DNA of 64,000 nt from Camelus ferus (taxonomy: Eukaryota), in assembly GCF_009834535.1 (NCBI RefSeq), contig NC_045696.1:46688001-46752000 (forward strand), given 5' to 3'. A model generated the notes under the pieces. It was not told where the DNA came from. It searched no databases and was given only the letters and a program-made list of their open reading frames with translations. Shown piece after piece: positions 58,631-64,000 of the stretch (positions within the stretch are counted from its first letter, which is position 1; the number at the start of each line of letters is the position of its first letter). The position numbers were made by a program, and so were the translations under genes.

Positions 58631-60089
58631 CTAGGGTGAATGAAAGTAGGAAAACCTCTATTTGAAAAATGGTTGATTCTGTACAAAATACAGTAGCATT
58701 ATGAACCGCTCCCCCAGGAAACGCCAGATGTTTCTTCATAGCTCACCGCAGTCCCTGGTGTCTCCTGAGATCCCTGGAAGATAGATCCGCCTGATGTTGT
58801 GCTGACTATGCCTTTGGTTCCCCAGAGACAGTTAGTAAAACATGGGGCTACGATGAACAAAGCCTCCAGAGAGGAACTGTATATTTCAAGGGGTTTTTGT
58901 CTCCGAAAAGAAGCCTGGATTCCAGAAACTTTTGTGAAGTAGATTTATCGTCTCTGTCTTTGAGCTGATTGGACGTGGGTGACTATGGACTCACAATTGG
59001 GAAGAAACACATCAGCTTTTCAGAAATGTCTACTCCTGGAAAGCTTCACAAAAGAGTTTTTTTTTTCCCTCTTTGGCTTCCTTTTTGAACAGTTTTTGTT
59101 GTAGAACTCCAGGCAGAAGCAGCTCCAGGCAAAACTGGGGCACAAGGGAAATTTCTCTCTGACATTTTCCCACCTCTGCCATCTGGATCCTTTCTTCCTG
59201 CCCTCCACTCCCTCCTTCCCCTGCACTTCCTGCACTGCATTCCTTCCACAGGCACAAGGTGAACATAGTGTTTGCAGGGGATGGAGGAAGTGGGAACAAC
59301 CACTTGGATATCGAGGTGATGTGTATTTATTTCCTATCTTGATGAAAAATTAGTCACTTTTTTAATTGCCACAAAACAAATAGAATCAATGACTTATTGT
59401 TTAATAATTTATGAAACTGATTTTATGTACTAAAAATTTTATCATGTTTCTGATGGTTATAAATCATTTCCCCTTCTAGAAAGATGAAGGAGCCTATTTC
59501 CCCCTTCTGCCTAGCTGCAGCTGTCTGTGAGCTTAGAGTTCCACATTGTTCTTCCTGTGTAGTGTTGAAATATATTTCCTGAGCCAAGATCAAGCCACTT
59601 CTGCTCAGGGTGCCATGTCAGTAAACCAAAACTTAAACTTTTGTCCCTGGAAATGCTCCCTCTTCTTGACCAGAAAGATGGGACATCCAGTCAGCCAAAC
59701 CTCAAGCATGAAGCCAACCTCATGGCTCTATGCTTACTTCCTTTTTCCTTATTCTTTATCCTACAAAAGCTTCCTGCCTTCTACCCCGTTTTGAAATTCT
59801 TTGAATGGAGACTGTTCATTTCAAGAAGCATTAGATGAAGTTTGTTTGTATCACCTACATTGTCTTTGGTCATTTTTAACAGTAGTCATCAGCTATTTCT
59901 AAGTATTAATTGGTGACAATTCAGGCTGTATGGATCCCAAAGACCATAAGGCCTATGGAGACTGGAGAACTTTCCTGGTAAGAAGCTTTGAAAAAAGTCA
60001 AGATAGAGACAAGATGGCCCCAGGACATTTGCGTCTCTACTCCAATAGCCCAAGGCAATTTAGGAGATTGCTGAGGAGTCTGAGGACCA

Positions 60090-60262
60090 AAGCCTTTGGA
60101 TGGTATAATTCTTCTTTGGGCAGAACTGTATCTCTCATTTGGGATATTCAGCATTCCTGGTCCTTGCCCACTAAATGTCAGTAACACCCTGGACATTGAG
60201 AAACCCCAAATAGCCCTAACTGAATGATATTGCTAGATCCCATCCTCCTTTGAGAACCATGA
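60090..60262. mobile_element. MER20-like hAT MITE
   Basis: 'ataattctt...cagcattcctggtccttgcccactaaatgtcagtaacaccc...ttgagaacca'. Confidence 0.75.
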
Positions 60263-60289
60263 GATACAAACCCTTATGGGTCATAAGAA

Positions 60290-60780
60290 GTGAAGACTTT
60301 ATCATAAAGGCAACAGGAGACATGAAGAGGAAGAACAATCAGATTTGCATTTCAGTACTATTTCCCTGAAGGATTCCATATGACTTGGAGGTGTGAGAAA
60401 ATTGGAGGCTAGGAAAACAATTAGGGGGTTGTTGATAGAATACAAGCAAGAAATTCTGAGGGCTTGGAAGAGGGCAGTGGGGAAGCAGGAAATAGACTGA
60501 CAACCACTAAGGAGATATTATTAACATATGTATCTACCAACTGGAGGTGAAGATTAAGGAGAGAGCAGCCAAGAAGTCTCCTGGGTAGACCTTAGCGACT
60601 TTGGGTAAACATTGGAGCCATGTACCATGATTTCAATTTGGACATATCAGATTTGAGGTGCATTTGTCACATCCAAATGGAGATGTCCTGTGGGCCAGGA
60701 GAGAAGCTGGAGTTGGAGATACAAGCTTGAGCTATTCATGTGTGTGCTGTAGTTGAAATTATGGAGACTGAGTAAGTCTA
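60290..60780 (-). mobile_element. L2 fragment
   Basis: 'atcagatttgcatttcag...ttggacatatcagatttgaggtg...acatccaaatggagatgtcc'. Confidence 0.75.
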
Positions 60781-60835
60781 GCTGATTTGGGCAATTGATG
60801 TGTACCCTCCATTGCCTCTTGAGGCAGAAGAACCA

Positions 60836-60913
60836 TTAGGTGAATCATATGAAATTGCCAATACTTAACTGTTTTTTGACCTTCAAGAAAAGAATTTCAT
60901 ATGGTTCAAAAGA
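60836..60913. mobile_element. MADE2 mariner-derived MITE
   Basis: 'ttaggtgaatcatatgaaattgcc...tttttgacct...aatttcatatggttcaa'; ~80-bp inverted-repeat element. Confidence 0.85.
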
Positions 60914-60957
60914 AGAGCAACCCCATCTTTATGCTTCATGAGATTATTTTCACCCTC

Positions 60958-61903
60958 TGCAATATTGTGATTTATAAGAAATATATATTTGGTCATTCAG
61001 ATGATCAAAATATATTCCTCATATGTATTTGGCCTTCATCCATGCGTAGTTCCTGGTTCACAGATCTTCAAACCCTTGGAATTTCCTGAGCAATATAATC
61101 AACGGGAACATCTTTTGTCATAATATTTGGTCTCTTGCTCCCATTTCCTGAAATTACTTAACAGCCATAAAGCTGAAATAGGTTTCCTGTTATTCAGAAT
61201 AAGCTCCTTTCCACTACAACTGGGTTTATATTAATGATTTGACTTTAGGAAAAGCACCTAAGGTTGGGGCTTGTTGCCAGGGGAACCAGCCATGAATAGA
61301 GGAACTTTCAATTCACCCCCTGATTTCCAGAGAGGGGAGAGAAGCTGAAGATTGAGGTCAGTCACCAATGGTCAATGATTTAATCAGTCCTGCCTATGTA
61401 ATGAAGGCTCCATAAAAACCCAAAAGGAGAGGATTTGGAGAACTTCCAGGTTGGGGAACCAGAATGCTTCCACCTGCCACTGTGCGGGGCTCCAACTTCA
61501 CAAGGACAGAAAATCCTTTGTTGGGGAACTTGCCCTATGTATCTCTTCATCTGGCTGTTGATTCGTGTCCTTTAATATCCTTTATAATAAACTGGTAATA
61601 TAGTGGGTAAATGGGTTTTCTGAGTTCTGTGAGCCACTCTAGCAAATATATTAAGCCCAAGGAAGGGGTTGTGGGAATGAATCTCTGATTTATGTAGCTG
61701 GTGGGTCAGAAGCAGAGGTAATCACCTGGGCTTGCAATTGTTGTCTGAAGTGGAGGACAGTCTTGTGGAATCTGATGCTACCTCCAGGTACACTGTGTTA
61801 GCTTTGAGTTGACTTGTAGGACATCCAGCTGGTGTTCTGAGTATTGCTTGGTGGTTTGGGAGGTAACCTCCCCCACACACATTGGAAATTGGATCCAGAA
61901 CCC
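60958..61903 (+). mobile_element. MER21C-like LTR
   Basis: Same motifs as the 51650 element: 'caccaatggtcaatgatttaatcag', 'ttctgtgagccactctagcaaat'. Confidence 0.88.
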
Positions 61904-62756
61904 AAAATGCTCTCACCACCTACAATAAGGAGTTAGATAATTGATCTCCTGCTCAAGTAAAGGGAAGAATAGAAGAGGTGGGTGTGCTGTTGGGTGGAAA
62001 CTGGAAAACTCAAGCTGCAGCTTGAATATCTGAGAGCCTAGCCAGGGTCAGGCAGGAGAAGGTCGGCCCACAGTGAGGCAGGTGGGTGCTGATGAGCCGC
62101 TCAACTGCGCTGCCAGGAAGAGATTTATTCTTGGGGCAGAGTTCCTACACACCTTCTGGAGAAACAAGCCCTCCACCTTTCTCTCAGTGAAACCCAGGGA
62201 GATAGTTGTTAGCAAAAGAGCAGTCCACAGAGGAGTCAAAAGCATTTTGGCCAGAAGAAGGTGGGTCAAGAGCCAAGATTATCGGGCTGGGCTTCCTCTG
62301 ACTAGGGATGGTCCAGCCTCTCTCTAGGCCAAGGAGAAGCATGCAGCAAGCCAGCTACACCTTGGGGCAAATGAGGGTGCCCTTGTACTCCAAGTCCCTT
62401 CTGCTTCGAGTCCCATTCCTCCAGCATACCTGGAGAAAGGAGTTTATCTCATGTCTTCCACTGAGCTGTCCACTGGGCAGATGTTCTTTTACGTTACATG
62501 TTATTGCCATTCCTCTGACCACCACTCATGTAACCGATGGTCACAGCCTGGAACACCTGGACTCCAGTGTCCTTTAATAGAATGCTGCTTTCTGCATGTG
62601 GAAGTGAACCACACTTACCTTTACTGCCCTTTCTTCAGTTCTCCAAAATGCCACTATATAGGGTGGTATAATTACACAAAATGTTCTTGAAGGGCTGTGG
62701 ATAACTAAAGGGAGTTCTACTGAGGGAGGGGTTTTTTAATTTTACCTACATGTTTT

Positions 62757-63955
62757 TGTTGAGAGACAATTCTCCATGAATCGCTCACATTTCTGCACTA
62801 TCTGGGTCCTGTAAGCAAAGATATTTATAGCCAAATTAAGAATATTTTATCCAGCAACTCCACTTCTGGGTGTTTATCTGAAGAAAATGAAAACATTAAT
62901 TTGTAAAGATGTATGTTTCTCCATGTTCATGGCAGCATTATTTTCAATAGCCAAGATGTGGAAGCAACCTAAGTGCCCATCAATGGATGAATGGATAAAG
63001 ATGTGATTTATGTATATATATATGTATACCACACAGAATGGCATACTGTTCAGCCATAAAGAGAAATGAAATCTTGTCATTTGCAGCAACATGGAGGGAC
63101 CTTGAGGGCATTATGTTAAGCAAAATAAGTCAGACAGAAAAAGACAAATACCATATCATCTTACTTATATGTAGAATTTAAAACAACAACAAACCCCTCA
63201 AGCTCATAGATACAGAGAACAGATTGGCGATTGCCAGAGGCAGGAGGTGGGGGTGGGTGGGATAAATGAGTGTAGGGGGTCAAAAGGTACAAAATTCCAA
63301 TTATAAGTAAGTCCTGGGGACATAATGTACAGCGTGATGACTATAGTTAGCAATACTGTGTTGCATATTTGAAAGTTGCTTTAAAAGCAGATCTTAAAAG
63401 TCCTTATCACAAGAAAAACAAAAATTTTTAAACTATGTATAGTGACAGATATTAACTAGACTTATTGTGCTGAATGTTTTGCAATATATACAAATATTGA
63501 ACTATGATGTTATACACCTGAAACTAATATAATGTTATATGTCAGTTGAAAAAAAAAACACTTAAAATATTAAAAAGAGAGAATATTTGTATAAGGAGAC
63601 ATTTCAAAATACTAAAGCTTAGCAACATCTCCCTTTCTGCAGTTGCTTCAAGGTAGGAAAGTTAAAGGCCTCCTCTTCCTGTACCCAAAGAAAAGAAGCT
63701 TAAGTTCCTTATTAAAGTTAAGGTTTTTCTCTTTCCAGAGAGTGGATATGCAGGACACCAGCAGCCCTGTGCAAAATCAGAGTTTCCTAATTGTGGGAGT
63801 CCTCTCTAATAATGCACCCCACTGCATGTGAAGCCCTCATTTAATCTTCCCTGTACAGCCCTGGGGGGAATGTTGTTCAAACATCATGCTGCTTTAGCTG
63901 AGCATAATAAATGGTCTTTGTCTCTGACACAGAACTGTTTCCTCCTGAGCATGTG
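62757..63955 (+). mobile_element. ERVL LTR (LTR40-like) split by an L1
   Basis: 'tgttgagagacaattctccatg...atttctgcac' resumes after 63588 and carries 'aataaatggtctttgtctctgac'. Confidence 0.6.
62848..63579 (+). mobile_element. 5'-truncated L1 (L1MA9-like)
   Basis: ORF2 end 'tggaagcaacctaagtgcccatcaatggatgaatggataaag', 3' UTR 'acacctgaaactaatataatgttatatgtca', A tail; TSD AGAATATTT at 62839-62847 and 63580-63588. Confidence 0.92.
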
Positions 63956-64000
63956 TATGTATGTATGCATACTCACATATGTGCATATACACCTATGAAA

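Noticed and set aside
59930..60184. 84-aa ATG-initiated ORF
   Set aside because: Its 3' third lies in a MER20 element; no homology or expression evidence
51650..61903. Two same-orientation MER21 LTRs ~9 kb apart as a possible intact provirus
   Set aside because: The LTRs differ in length and structure, and the spacer holds MIRs, MITEs, other LTRs and unique DNA with no gag/pol remnants

Overview
Mammalian genomic DNA, very probably camelid (alpaca/llama/camel). The attribution rests on two tRNA-Ala-derived SINEs matching my recollection of the camelid Vic-1 SINE, plus camelid-type L1 3' ends. I find no credible protein-coding exon, rRNA, functional tRNA or CRISPR array: the ORF track is chance frames, microsatellite frames and decayed L1/ERV remnants, so the window looks intergenic or deep intronic. 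Roughly half of it is interspersed repeats (MIR, L2, CR1/L3, old and young L1, MaLR/ERVL/ERV1 LTRs, hAT and Tc1/mariner MITEs), often nested and several with readable target-site duplications (TSDs). Highlights: (i) a decayed ERVL provirus (LTR16A + tRNA-Leu PBS + gag/pro/RT, ~47.9-50.9 kb); (ii) an ERV1-like LTR carrying a multimerised CCAAT/octamer array in front of an intact TATA box (~58.3-58.5 kb); (iii) a small orphan CpG island with a CTCF motif (~17.1-17.5 kb), divergent to a second CTCF-like motif at 27.2 kb; (iv) several repeat-free, motif-rich blocks that look like enhancers; (v) a 344-bp purine-free tract. I did not find a new biological system that I can support. Repeat family names come from recalled consensus sequences, and boundaries are approximate unless a TSD or TIR is quoted.
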